Below, piece after piece: positions 28,400 through 37,557 of a stretch of 64,000 nucleotides of DNA. Each line of letters starts with the position of its first letter. Positions within the stretch are counted from its first letter, which is position 1. Made by a program: the position numbers and the translations under genes. The DNA is from an uncultured Gammaproteobacteria bacterium (GTDB lineage Bacteria > Patescibacteriota > Microgenomatia > Levybacterales > UBA12049). The stretch spans positions 1,249,887 to 1,313,886 of the forward strand of contig OZ246394.1 of NCBI GenBank assembly GCA_965230895.1, read 5' to 3'. The notes under the pieces are model-generated. The model saw only the letters and a program-made list of their open reading frames with translations. It did no database searches and was not told the DNA's origin.

Positions 28400-29947
28400 A
28401 TGCTCAATGCAATAAAAGCCTTTCTTAACAATGTTTTTCTACTTTTCATAATTTTTATTACCGGTGCTGCAGTGCTCATTTTGGAGGTCACTGCCACACG
28501 AATTCTTACCCCTTATTTCGGAAATACCATTTATACGTTTTCAAGTATTATTAGTGTTATTCTTCTGGCATTGAGTCTGGGATATTTTATGGGTGGTAGG
28601 TTGGCAGATAAGCGTGGAAGTGAATTCTTGTTTTATCAGCTTATTGCTCTTAGTGGATTAAGCGTATTTGTTCTTCATTTAATTAACATTTATATTGTTC
28701 CTCAAGTTGGTACCCAATTATCGTTGCGAGATGGACCTTTAGTTGCTTCCATCCTTCTCTTTTTGCTTCCAGGTCTTCTGCTGGGGATGTTATCTCCACT
28801 TGTTGCGAAACTGCAGAAATTGCGTTTAAAGAAGCAGGGGATTGGTCACATAACCGGTGACGTATTCTTTTGGTCAACGCTTGGGAGTATCGTTGGAAGT
28901 TTGTCTGCTGGGTTCTACTTGATTCCTAATTTTGGTGTTCGAGAAATAATTGTTGGAGTTGGCGTAGCTCTGTTTTCTATCGGTTTATTGGGTATGTTCC
29001 TCCCTCGGCATAAAAACTCTTCTGTCGGAAAAGTTATTGTACTGTTTCTAACACTTCCAATTGTGCATCTAACATTGTTTTCTTTTAACCTAATCCGGGA
29101 GAACCCTGCAGTTGTTTATAGGCAAGAAGGTGTTTATGACAATATTGTTATCTATGATGGGGAATTTTATGGAACTCCTGCACGATTCTTGCAACAGGCT
29201 ACAGATGCTTCTAGTGCAATGTATCTTTCTTCAGATGAGCTCGTTTATGATTATACAAAGTATTATGAAGTGTACAAGTTAATAAATAATAACGCACAGA
29301 ATGCACTTGTCATCGGTGGAGGAGCATATTCCATCCCAAAAGCTTTACTCAGAGATGATCCAAATGTTACAGTTGAAGTCGCTGAGATTGAGCCAGAATT
29401 GTTCCCACTCGGACAGAAATATTTTAGAGTGCCTAACGATCCTCGTCTGCAAAACCATGTGGAAGATGGAAGAAGGCTCTTAATGAATAGCGACAAAAAA
29501 TATGAACTTATATTTAGTGATGCGTTCCATTTCTCAATTCCACCCCATTTAACAACAAAAGAGTTTTTCGAGTTAAGTAAATCGAAGCTAACAACAAACG
29601 GAGTTTTTGTTGCTAATGTTATTGGAAGTCTAAATGAAACATCTCCATCGTTTCTCTTCTCCGAAATAAAGACTTTTCAAAGTGTTTATCCAAATAGTTA
29701 TTTCTTTGCTGTTGATACTCTTGAGAAGAGTTCATTGCAAAATATCATTATGGTTGGATATAACGGTGAAGAAGGTATAGACTTGCTATCTGTAGACACA
29801 ACAGAACCATTTTTGAGCCAGCTTCCAAGTCATTTAATAGATATAAATAAGTACGATCTCTCTTCACATACAATCTTTACCGATGATTATGCTCCAGTAG
29901 AGTATTTTATTAGTAGGAGATTGACTGACAAAACGGAAGAGAATTGA
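28400..29947 (+). CDS. Membrane-anchored spermidine/spermine synthase-like (PABS-fold) protein
   Basis: N-terminal ~6 TM helices. The C-terminal domain has ALVIGGGAYSIPKALL (SAM/dcSAM-binding GxGxG), VEIEPEL and LIFSDAF, which are typical of the aminopropyltransferase fold. Confidence 0.65.
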   Translation: MLNAIKAFLNNVFLLFIIFITGAAVLILEVTATRILTPYFGNTIYTFSSIISVILLALSLGYFMGGRLADKRGSEFLFYQLIALSGLSVFVLHLINIYIVPQVGTQLSLRDGPLVASILLFLLPGLLLGMLSPLVAKLQKLRLKKQGIGHITGDVFFWSTLGSIVGSLSAGFYLIPNFGVREIIVGVGVALFSIGLLGMFLPRHKNSSVGKVIVLFLTLPIVHLTLFSFNLIRENPAVVYRQEGVYDNIVIYDGEFYGTPARFLQQATDASSAMYLSSDELVYDYTKYYEVYKLINNNAQNALVIGGGAYSIPKALLRDDPNVTVEVAEIEPELFPLGQKYFRVPNDPRLQNHVEDGRRLLMNSDKKYELIFSDAFHFSIPPHLTTKEFFELSKSKLTTNGVFVANVIGSLNETSPSFLFSEIKTFQSVYPNSYFFAVDTLEKSSLQNIIMVGYNGEEGIDLLSVDTTEPFLSQLPSHLIDINKYDLSSHTIFTDDYAPVEYFISRRLTDKTEEN

Positions 29948-30516
29948 TAGGCTCTTTTTTATACGTTTTACATTATAATATAGTAATGGACAAAAAAAGC
30001 GCAGCACAAGTTGTTAAATCGCCTATATTTAAACTCATAGCATCTGTTTTAGGCGTAATTTTCTTAATTCTAACCTTTTTTATCACCCTCGCTCCAGATA
30101 CATTCAGTGGATATGGCTATCTCGGAATATTCCTTTTCAATATCTTTAATACGAGTATCCTTATCATGCCAATTCTTCTCGAACGATTTGATCTTTGGGG
30201 TATTATTTTCTTTTCTGCATTAGGTAATATTCCGAATACAAGTGTCAACTACTTAGTAGGGGACACAAGTAAGAGACTGTTTCCCCATAACTCAGTCATT
30301 ACACTACTTAAAAAATGGATGCACAAAAGATATGGCCTTGTGGTTGTCTACCTTATTGCAATTATTCCGCTGCCAATTGATATCAATGGTTTGCTGGCCG
30401 GTTATGTCGGGATTCCATTTAAATGGTACATCTTAGTTAATTTCTTAGGGCGAGCGACTTCTTTTCTTCTCGCCGGCTTAGGAGTTTGGACATTTGCTCA
30501 GGCCATGGGATGGTAA
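29944..30516 (+). CDS. Small polytopic membrane protein (VTT/DedA-like, low confidence)
   Basis: 4-5 hydrophobic helices and a weak VTT-like G-rich re-entrant region. The start may be the ATG at 29986. Confidence 0.4.
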   Translation: MIGSFLYVLHYNIVMDKKSAAQVVKSPIFKLIASVLGVIFLILTFFITLAPDTFSGYGYLGIFLFNIFNTSILIMPILLERFDLWGIIFFSALGNIPNTSVNYLVGDTSKRLFPHNSVITLLKKWMHKRYGLVVVYLIAIIPLPIDINGLLAGYVGIPFKWYILVNFLGRATSFLLAGLGVWTFAQAMGW

Positions 30517-30572
30517 AAGTAAAGGCTGGATTTCTCTCTTCGTTGATGTTAAAATAACCCTTACCGTTACAT

Positions 30573-30645
30573 TCCGCGATAGCTCAGCGGTAGAGCAGGA
30601 AGCTGTTAACTTCAAGGTCCTAGGTTCGAATCCTAGTCGCGGAGC
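30573..30645 (+). tRNA. tRNA-Asn (anticodon GUU)
   Basis: Cloverleaf folded by hand: acceptor stem UCCGCGA/UCGCGGA, D-arm GCUC/GAGC, anticodon loop CUGUUAA (GUU), T-arm CUAGG-UUCGAAU-CCUAG, discriminator G. CCA is not encoded. Confidence 0.85.
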
Positions 30646-30680
30646 AAGATAAAATCGCTTTAATTTGCTATTATTACCAT

Positions 30681-31106
30681 ATGGCTACAATAAATACTTG
30701 GATTAACTTCAATGGTAATGCTGAAGAAGCATTCACTTTTTATAAATCTGTTTTTGGTGGAGAATTCACGAAGGTTATTCGTTTTAAAGATATTGCGAGT
30801 GATGAATTCCCTGTGGCAGAAAAAGAAGAGAATAAAATAATGTATATTGCCTTGCCTATTGGTAGTGCTTTGTTGATAGCCAATGATGTTCCGGAGGTTC
30901 TGGGGCGAGTAGATGAGCATGAGAACCGAAGCAAAATTTTGTTAAGTACGGAAAATAAAGAAGAGGTTGATAGATTGTTTAATGGGCTTTCGGTTGGAGG
31001 AGAAGTAGAGGGGCCTGCGGGAGACAGTCCATGGGGTACATATGCGAGTATGTTTCGAGATAAGTATGGTATAGAGTGGATCATTGAGTTTTCTCCTTCT
31101 AAATAG
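30681..31106 (+). CDS. VOC-superfamily (glyoxalase/PhnB-like) protein
   Basis: About 140 aa with a PhnB/YjdN-like pattern (WINFNGNAEEAFTFYKSVFGGE...IMYIALPIG...DSPWGTYASMFRDKYGIEWII). Confidence 0.6.
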   Translation: MATINTWINFNGNAEEAFTFYKSVFGGEFTKVIRFKDIASDEFPVAEKEENKIMYIALPIGSALLIANDVPEVLGRVDEHENRSKILLSTENKEEVDRLFNGLSVGGEVEGPAGDSPWGTYASMFRDKYGIEWIIEFSPSK

Positions 31107-31111
31107 TTCAA

Positions 31112-31396
31112 ATGATTAAATCATGCCCCAAGGGACATACTTTTGAAAAGACGAGCGATTGTGCAACATGTCCAATTTGCATCTCAAAAGAAATGAATGA
31201 GAAATATGGTCAGGAATTCCCCAAAATTGGAAATCCAGCTCTAAGCGCACTTGACCATGCGGGTATAAATCACTTAGTTGAACTCCCAAAATATACGGAA
31301 AAAGAATTATTGGCTCTTCATGGGTTTGGGCCAAAGGCTTTAGGTATTTTACGTGCCGAGCTTGAAAATAGGGGATTGGCCTTTGCAAAGAAATAG
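31112..31396 (+). CDS. Small protein with an N-terminal zinc ribbon (CPKGH...CATCPIC) and a C-terminal RNA polymerase alpha-CTD-like HhH domain
   Basis: ALSALDHAGINHLVELPKYTEKELLALHGFGPKALGILRAELENRGL resembles the RpoA alpha-CTD (LSVRS.NCLK..GI..VGDL......EL.K..N.G.KSL.EI...L...GL). Four Cys lie in two CxxC-like pairs. Confidence 0.45.
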   Translation: MIKSCPKGHTFEKTSDCATCPICISKEMNEKYGQEFPKIGNPALSALDHAGINHLVELPKYTEKELLALHGFGPKALGILRAELENRGLAFAKK

Positions 31397-31476
31397 CCAC
31401 GCCTTAAAACTCTTCCCCAAAATTTACATTTATACAGTAACCTCGTAATGGAATAATACGCCTTATTTATTAAGTA

Positions 31477-31505
31477 TTGACTTAATTAAGTGCATGCTTT
31501 ATAAT
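31477..31505 (+). promoter_or_regulatory. Sigma-70 promoter for the arsR-like gene (TTGACT-17 nt-TATAAT)
   Basis: Consensus-like hexamers at canonical spacing. The -10 ends 9 nt upstream of the ATG at 31515 (leaderless-type). Confidence 0.45.
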
Positions 31506-31514
31506 AACTTTATT

Positions 31515-31835
31515 ATGGATATGTATTCAGCGTTAGCTGAACCAACTCGAAGAAATATTTTAGAACTGCTCGCAAATAGCGGACAAATGACTGCAACTGA
31601 AATCAGTAATAAGTTTGATGTTAGTGCTCCTGCAATTTCTCAACATCTAAAAGTTCTCAAAGAGGCAAAGCTTGTTGATATGGAGAAGCGGGCTCAACAA
31701 CGTATCTACACGTTAAACCCCGAACCAATGCTTGAGATGGGCAGTTGGTTAGAGAAATTAGCTAAGGTTTGGGAAGAAAGACACGACAGATTAGAGGCTT
31801 TATTAGAGCGAGAAAAAAGAAAGGGGGTGAAATAA
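31515..31835 (+). CDS. ArsR/SmtB-family transcriptional repressor
   Basis: ALAEPTRRNILELLANSGQMTATEISNKFDVSAPAISQHLKVLKEAKLV is the ArsR HTH signature. The start was moved from the track's 31494 to 31515 because of the promoter position. Confidence 0.8.
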   Translation: MDMYSALAEPTRRNILELLANSGQMTATEISNKFDVSAPAISQHLKVLKEAKLVDMEKRAQQRIYTLNPEPMLEMGSWLEKLAKVWEERHDRLEALLEREKRKGVK

Positions 31836-31836
31836 T

Positions 31837-32355
31837 ATGGCGCAAAAAATTCAAGTATGTTTATGGTTTGATAAAGAATGCGAAGAAGCTGTCAACTTGT
31901 ATGTAGATACCTTCAATAACCGACCGCATGCAACCGGGAAAACATCCAAGATCGTTAGTATTAAGCGATACCCAGAAGGAATGGAGGAGGAGCATATGAA
32001 GGGAATGGAAGGAAAGGTTTTAACTGCATTCTTCGAACTTGAAGGTCAAACATTCCAGGCACTTGATGGTGGTCCGTTATTTAAGTTTAACGAGGCTCTT
32101 TCACTTTCAGTGGATTGTGAAGATCAGGAAGAAGTTGATTACTTCTGGAATAAGCTTACAGCCAATGGTGGGGAAGAATCACAATGCGGTTGGTTGAAAG
32201 ATAAATTTGGTCTTTCATGGCAAATTGTCCCTAAGCGATTAGGGGAACTGCTCGAAGATCCTGACCGAGAAAAGGCTGATCGAGCTTTGAAAGCTATGTT
32301 ACAAATGCAGAAGCTTGACGTTCAAAAGCTTGAAGATGCTTTTAATGGCAAATAA
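31837..32355 (+). CDS. VOC-superfamily protein, 3-demethylubiquinone-9 3-methyltransferase-like (PhnB/YjdN family)
   Basis: IQVCLWFDKECEEAVNLYVDTF...GKVLTAFFELEGQTFQALDGGP...DKFGLSWQIVP is the typical PhnB-like pattern. Strong SD (AAGGGGGTGA) 8 nt upstream. Confidence 0.65.
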   Translation: MAQKIQVCLWFDKECEEAVNLYVDTFNNRPHATGKTSKIVSIKRYPEGMEEEHMKGMEGKVLTAFFELEGQTFQALDGGPLFKFNEALSLSVDCEDQEEVDYFWNKLTANGGEESQCGWLKDKFGLSWQIVPKRLGELLEDPDREKADRALKAMLQMQKLDVQKLEDAFNGK

Positions 32356-32395
32356 TCCAAGGGATTAAAACTTAAAAAGAATGGGGGTGAAATAT

Positions 32396-32884
32396 ATGTC
32401 AAAAAATAACTTACAAGTAGATAAGGAAAACAAAGTGACGACAATGGAACGTGTTTTTGATGCTCCACGAGAACTTCTTTGGAAAGCACACGTCGATCCA
32501 GAGTTGATGAAGCAATGGTGGGGACCGAAAGAATATGAAACCATTATTGAAAAACTGGATGTTCGCGAAGGTGGGGAATGGAGAATGATTCACAAAGGAA
32601 AGGATGATCAGGGTAACCCTGCTGAATACGCTTTCTATGGTGAATATAAAGAAATTAAAGAACAAGAATCAATTACATGGACATTTAATTTCGAACCAAT
32701 CGGTCCTGGCCACGAAATAACTGAAACAGTTTATTTTGAAGAAGTTGAAGCTGGAAAAACAAAGCTACGAACAGTTTCTCATTATAAATCTGATGAAGAT
32801 CTTGAAGGAATGGTTCAATCCGGTATGGAGGATGGGGCTGTTGAGTCTTGGGATCGTCTTGAAGAACTTACAACAAAGATGTAA
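32396..32884 (+). CDS. SRPBCC-superfamily protein (AHSA1/Activator-of-Hsp90-ATPase-like)
   Basis: MERVFDAPRELLWKAHVDPELMKQWWGP is the AHSA1-family start. Start set at the ATG at 32396, preceded by SD GGGGGTGA. Commonly partnered with ArsR. Confidence 0.7.
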   Translation: MSKNNLQVDKENKVTTMERVFDAPRELLWKAHVDPELMKQWWGPKEYETIIEKLDVREGGEWRMIHKGKDDQGNPAEYAFYGEYKEIKEQESITWTFNFEPIGPGHEITETVYFEEVEAGKTKLRTVSHYKSDEDLEGMVQSGMEDGAVESWDRLEELTTKM

Positions 32885-32889
32885 TATTT

Positions 32890-32925
32890 ATCCCTCTCCC
32901 TTTCGGGGGAGGGATATCTTTGTTT
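32890..32925 (+). terminator. Rho-independent terminator (GC-rich hairpin ATCCCTCTCCC-tttcg-GGGGAGGGAT followed by a T-rich tract)
   Basis: Read directly from the sequence: a 10-11 bp GC-rich stem with one bulge, followed by ATCTTTGTTT. Immediately 3' of the SRPBCC gene stop. Confidence 0.6.
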
Positions 32926-32941
32926 GGGAAAGGAGGTATAT

Positions 32942-33217
32942 ATGTGTCGCAATATTAAAACACTTTTTAATTTTGACCCACCAGCAACAAAAGAAGAAAT
33001 TGATGCAGCTTCATTGCAGTTCGTGAGAAAGCTTTCGGGATTTAATACGCCATCAAAAGCAAATGAAGAAGCATTTAATCAGGCAATAGGAGAAGTTTCT
33101 GTCATCGCAAGTAAACTCTTGAAAAGTCTAACAACAAATGCTGAACCAAAGAATCGGGAAGAAGAAGCAGAGAAGGCTCACGAGCGTGCGGTAAAAAGAT
33201 TTGGTTTACAAGAATAA
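32942..33217 (+). CDS. DUF2277-family small protein
   Basis: MCRNIKTLFNFDPPATKEEIDAASLQFVRKLSGF matches the DUF2277 N-terminal pattern. SD GGAAAGGAGG upstream. Start set at the ATG at 32942. Confidence 0.55.
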   Translation: MCRNIKTLFNFDPPATKEEIDAASLQFVRKLSGFNTPSKANEEAFNQAIGEVSVIASKLLKSLTTNAEPKNREEEAEKAHERAVKRFGLQE

Positions 33218-33832
33218 TTATCTTTTTCGTCGCCCAAAAAGAAAGATCATAACTCCAATAATCAGTGCAATAACAATGTATTCAACATACTTTGTATATT
33301 GTTGTACTTGCTTCCAATTTTCTCCTAAAGACCAGCCAATACTAATTAAAGCAGTATTCCAGATTGCACTTCCAATACCTGTATAAAGGATAAACTTTTT
33401 TATATCCATCTCTGTGATTCCTGCGGGGACAGAAACAATACTTCGAAGTGTTGGGATGACTCTCCCAAATAAAACAACCTTAGTTCCATACTTCTCAAAC
33501 CACCCCATACTCTTTTTAACATCACTTTTACTTATTCCTAGCCACTTACCATATTTCTCAGATGCAGAGATAACCCTTTTTTCTCCAAGCTTTCTGCTTA
33601 AGTAATAAAGAACGAGTGCTCCTATAATTGAACCTAAAGTAGCAGACAGAATTGCTCCAATATGTGATAATTCACCCTTACTCACTAAAAATCCTGTCAT
33701 TGGAAGGATGAGCTCTGACGGTATCGGTGCAAAAACACTTTCAAGTGCGATAAGCAAAATAATCCCAATATAACCAGTCGATTCAATTACGAAAAGGATA
33801 GTTTCTGTAAAGTTTGAAAGAAATAAATCCAT
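33218..33832 (-). CDS. DedA-family membrane protein
   Basis: FAPIPSELILPMTGFL...YGTKVVLFGRVIPTLRSIVSVPAGI is DedA/SNARE-associated signature spacing. Confidence 0.7.
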   Translation of the reverse strand: MDLFLSNFTETILFVIESTGYIGIILLIALESVFAPIPSELILPMTGFLVSKGELSHIGAILSATLGSIIGALVLYYLSRKLGEKRVISASEKYGKWLGISKSDVKKSMGWFEKYGTKVVLFGRVIPTLRSIVSVPAGITEMDIKKFILYTGIGSAIWNTALISIGWSLGENWKQVQQYTKYVEYIVIALIIGVMIFLFGRRKR

Positions 33833-33880
33833 AGGTTAATTATATAGGAGAAGCGAAATAAACGTTGCAAGAATGATGTA

Positions 33881-35377
33881 ATGCAAAACTTTTTACTGTA
33901 CACTATAAATAAATCTATGGAAATTGTACGTACAGCAATTCTTTATTTTGGTTGGCCTATCCTCATAGCTGGAAGCATATTCCTTTATATTCAAACATAC
34001 CGTTTCTATCGTGATGTCCAGAAAAATGTTTGGGGTAAATTAGTCTTAGCAATGGTAGCGGGCTGGCTCATTACAATGTACAGTCTGGGTATTGTTTCTA
34101 CGGCATTTATGCTTGCAAATCTTCATGAAGGTGTCATTTTTGTTTTGCCTATATTTGGATTATGGTTTTTGACTATGATTCTTGTGGTAAGGACTGTACT
34201 TATTTGGAATAGGGAAGCGGTAAATCTTAACAAGTTCAATTCTCAATTAAAAACCCTTGTTGAAGAGCGGACGAAGGAATTAGAAGATGAAAAAAGTATT
34301 CTTGAGGGAGAACGCCAAAAGCTAGGCTTGGTTATTGCTGGTATTAAAGATGGTGTCTTGGCTGTAGATTTAAATAAAAATATTGTGATGGGTAATGATG
34401 CAATTGCTCAAATGTCTGGATACTATGTTGCGGAATTAATCGGCAAGCCACTTTTCGAAGTTTTTAAATTATTTGAGAAAAATGAACCGATAAATCAGGA
34501 TGAAATATTACCACCTTTTAAAAAAGGTTATGAAGGCTTACTCTCTCATAAAACACAAATTGCATTATTAGGAAATAATACGGAACGATTTGTTGAGATT
34601 ACGGTAAGTCAAATTCGTGAAGGGATGCTTTTAAATGTAGGTTACATCATTTTATTTCATGATATAACCGAACAAGTGAATTTGGATAAAATGAAGCTTG
34701 ATTTTGTTTCAATGGCTGCGCATGAACTTCGGACGCCACTGACTTCCATTAACTCATATCTATCCGTATTAAATGATAAAAAGATCTCTTTGACACAAGA
34801 TGAACAAGCTACCTATCTCCAAAGAATAAGTGCTGCCAGTAATAACTTACGTGATCATGTTGAGAATCTGCTTAATATAACAAAAATTGAACGGAAGGCA
34901 ATGCGATTGAGTCCGAAATCTCTCAATTGGGTTGAATCGGTAAAAGGATTTATTACATCATTATTGGATACTGCAAAACAAAAAGATATTACGATTAATG
35001 TTCAGGAACCACAATCTTTTATCCCAAATGTTTATGCAGATCCTTTACTGACAGAAGAGATTATTAGTAACCTTGTCCAGAATGCCATTAACTTTTCCCC
35101 AGCAGGTTCTTCAGTTGATATAACATTTGAAGAAAAGGATGGATTTGTTATTACGCATATTACTGATACTGGGGAAGGAATTCCTCATGATGCTATACCG
35201 CATCTTTTTACCAAATTTTTCCGTGTTGAGGGGACTTTGGAGCAGGGGAGTAAAGGAACAGGTTTGGGGTTATATATTTCCAAATCAATTGTTGAAATGC
35301 ATAAAGGTAAGATTTGGGTAGAATCAGAAGAGAAGAAGGGCTCGACGTTCTCATTTTCATTGCCAGTATTTAAATAA
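33881..35377 (+). CDS. Sensor histidine kinase (2-3 TM, coiled coil, PAS, HisKA, HATPase_c)
   Basis: FVSMAAHELRTPLTSINSYLSVL is the H-box. N, G1 (DTGEGIP) and G2 (GTGLGL) boxes are present. No response regulator is adjacent. Confidence 0.85.
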   Translation: MQNFLLYTINKSMEIVRTAILYFGWPILIAGSIFLYIQTYRFYRDVQKNVWGKLVLAMVAGWLITMYSLGIVSTAFMLANLHEGVIFVLPIFGLWFLTMILVVRTVLIWNREAVNLNKFNSQLKTLVEERTKELEDEKSILEGERQKLGLVIAGIKDGVLAVDLNKNIVMGNDAIAQMSGYYVAELIGKPLFEVFKLFEKNEPINQDEILPPFKKGYEGLLSHKTQIALLGNNTERFVEITVSQIREGMLLNVGYIILFHDITEQVNLDKMKLDFVSMAAHELRTPLTSINSYLSVLNDKKISLTQDEQATYLQRISAASNNLRDHVENLLNITKIERKAMRLSPKSLNWVESVKGFITSLLDTAKQKDITINVQEPQSFIPNVYADPLLTEEIISNLVQNAINFSPAGSSVDITFEEKDGFVITHITDTGEGIPHDAIPHLFTKFFRVEGTLEQGSKGTGLGLYISKSIVEMHKGKIWVESEEKKGSTFSFSLPVFK

Positions 35378-35397
35378 GACAGTTTGCTATAATTAAT

Positions 35398-36948
35398 TTG
35401 TTCAGCCGTTCCTGGTTGTTTATGAAAAGCTCTACAGCATCACATAGTAAGCTTGAGCAGTACTTCCAAAAGTATCGAGATAATATCGTTGGTGTAAATC
35501 ATCCCTTCAAAAGCCCCTATGGCGAACAAAAAATTCGTTATTTTGATTGGACCGCAAGTGGTCGTTTGTACTCTCCAATTGAAGAAAAGATGCAAATTAT
35601 CTTTGGTCCATTTGTCGCAAATACTCATACAGAAACAACAGAAACTGGAACTGCCATGACGCTCGCGTATCATGTTGCGATGGAGACTATTAAGAAGCAT
35701 GTTCATGCAGATGATAATGATATTCTTATCATGACTGGAACTGGTATGACCGGTGCCATTAGTAAACTGCAACGAATTCTCGGCTTAAAGTTTAGTGATC
35801 AATTAAAAAGACATGCAGCTTTGATGAAAAATTATCCCATGCAAGTTTTTCTTGCAGAAGAGGAAATACCCGTTGTCTTCATAACACATATGGAACATCA
35901 TTCAAATCAAACTTCTTGGGTCGAATCCGATGCTGAAGTTGTGGTTGTACCATCAAATAAAGATGGGGAAGTTGATATCGAAAAATTAGAAGAGTTGTTG
36001 CAACAATACAAGCATAGAAAAATAAAAATCGGTTCATTTACAGCATGTTCCAATGTTACTGGTATCCTGACACCATATCATCAATTGGCTAAAACGATGC
36101 ATAAATATGATGGACTGTGTTTTGTTGATTTCGCAGCATGTGCACCTTATATAGACATAGATATGCATCCCAAAGATTCTGCTGAAAAGCTTGATGCAAT
36201 CTTCTTCTCACCCCATAAATTTCTTGGAGGTCCTGGAACATCTGGTGTTCTGATTTTTAATAAGAAGTTATATCCATCAGATATGCCACCTGATCATCCC
36301 GGTGGAGGAACAGTTGCTTGGACAAATCCTTGGGGGGAACAAAGGTATCATGCCAATCCTGAAGCACGAGAAGATGGAGGAACACCAGGCTTTCTCCAAA
36401 CAATTCGTACGGCATTAGCGATTCAATTAAAAGAACAAATGGGTGTGAAGAATATTCTTGAAAGGGAAGAAGAACTTTTACCAATCTTGTTAAAAGGTTT
36501 GCGAGAGATTGATGGAATCCATGTTCTTGATGATAAAGGAAAGAAGCGATTGGGAATCGTTTCTTTTTATAGTGAAACCATCCACTACAATTTGATTGTG
36601 AAACTGTTAAACGATCGTTTTGGTATGCAAACGAGGGGAGGGTGTTCTTGTGCTGGAACATATGGACATTGTTTATTTGATATTGGACGAGAGCAATCAA
36701 AAGTTATTACGGATAGAATCGATAAAGGCGACCAGTCCACAAAACCAGGATGGGTGAGAGTTTCACTCCATCCAACTCTACAGACTGCCGAAGTTGTAGA
36801 TTTTATACAGGCGATGGAGGAGATATCCAGCCATATAAAAGATTGGGAAAAAGATTACACATATGATACATCATCAAATGAATTTATCCATATAAACGAA
36901 AGCCAAAAAGAAAAGAAAAAGAGAATAAAAGAATGGTTTGAATTATAA
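35398..36948 (+). CDS. Class V aminotransferase/cysteine desulfurase-like PLP enzyme
   Basis: FSPHKFLGGPGTSGVLIFNKKL is the PLP-lysine region of the class V fold. TGMTGAISKL is also present. Confidence 0.8.
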   Translation: MFSRSWLFMKSSTASHSKLEQYFQKYRDNIVGVNHPFKSPYGEQKIRYFDWTASGRLYSPIEEKMQIIFGPFVANTHTETTETGTAMTLAYHVAMETIKKHVHADDNDILIMTGTGMTGAISKLQRILGLKFSDQLKRHAALMKNYPMQVFLAEEEIPVVFITHMEHHSNQTSWVESDAEVVVVPSNKDGEVDIEKLEELLQQYKHRKIKIGSFTACSNVTGILTPYHQLAKTMHKYDGLCFVDFAACAPYIDIDMHPKDSAEKLDAIFFSPHKFLGGPGTSGVLIFNKKLYPSDMPPDHPGGGTVAWTNPWGEQRYHANPEAREDGGTPGFLQTIRTALAIQLKEQMGVKNILEREEELLPILLKGLREIDGIHVLDDKGKKRLGIVSFYSETIHYNLIVKLLNDRFGMQTRGGCSCAGTYGHCLFDIGREQSKVITDRIDKGDQSTKPGWVRVSLHPTLQTAEVVDFIQAMEEISSHIKDWEKDYTYDTSSNEFIHINESQKEKKKRIKEWFEL

Positions 36949-37518
36949 TTATTTTTCAAACATTACCGGGATGACAAGTGGGCCTAATTCTCCTCGAGAG
37001 AAGTCAGGATTAGTTCTTTCAATTACTAGCTTTCCTGCTGATGTTGTTGCTTCTGCTTTGGTAAATACAACTGCTCCTGTGAAAGGAACAAAACTATCTG
37101 TCTTTGTACTTTCGAGTGCTTTAAATGGTTTTAAGAAAAGAATCTTTCCTTTATCATCTTCCAAACGAACCATTAATTGATCTGCATAATACCATCCTCC
37201 GACAGCTTCTCCCGTAACTCTGAATGGACTTGTAACGAGTGTATTTGGCTTTGGCTCAGTTGTTTTAATAACTTCTTTAAGAAGTACGCCATTATATACT
37301 TCTACAAATACTTGCTTCCCTTTTGTGTAACATTCTCGAGGCTTTGACTCGACTACAAGATTGCCTGCTTCGGCACACTCTTCAAATGTTTTTATTTCTG
37401 TAGCAGCTTTGGGTTTGAGATTACCAAGGAGATTCGGGAAGAAAAAGAAGACGCCGACAGCAGCGAGGAGAAGGGTAACAACGAGGGCGATAATTGCGTA
37501 TTTCATGGCAGTATACAA
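36949..37518 (-). CDS. Membrane-anchored Gmad2-like immunoglobulin-fold domain protein
   Basis: N-terminal TM helix. The C-terminal ~110 aa (VTSPFRVTGEAVGGWYYADQLMVRLEDDKGKIL...FTGAVVF...GKLVIERTNP) resembles the Gmad2 domain pattern. Confidence 0.45.
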   Translation of the reverse strand: MYTAMKYAIIALVVTLLLAAVGVFFFFPNLLGNLKPKAATEIKTFEECAEAGNLVVESKPRECYTKGKQVFVEVYNGVLLKEVIKTTEPKPNTLVTSPFRVTGEAVGGWYYADQLMVRLEDDKGKILFLKPFKALESTKTDSFVPFTGAVVFTKAEATTSAGKLVIERTNPDFSRGELGPLVIPVMFEK

Positions 37519-37557
37519 TTATTATAATATAGTTGCCGAAAAATCAATATAGGCGAA

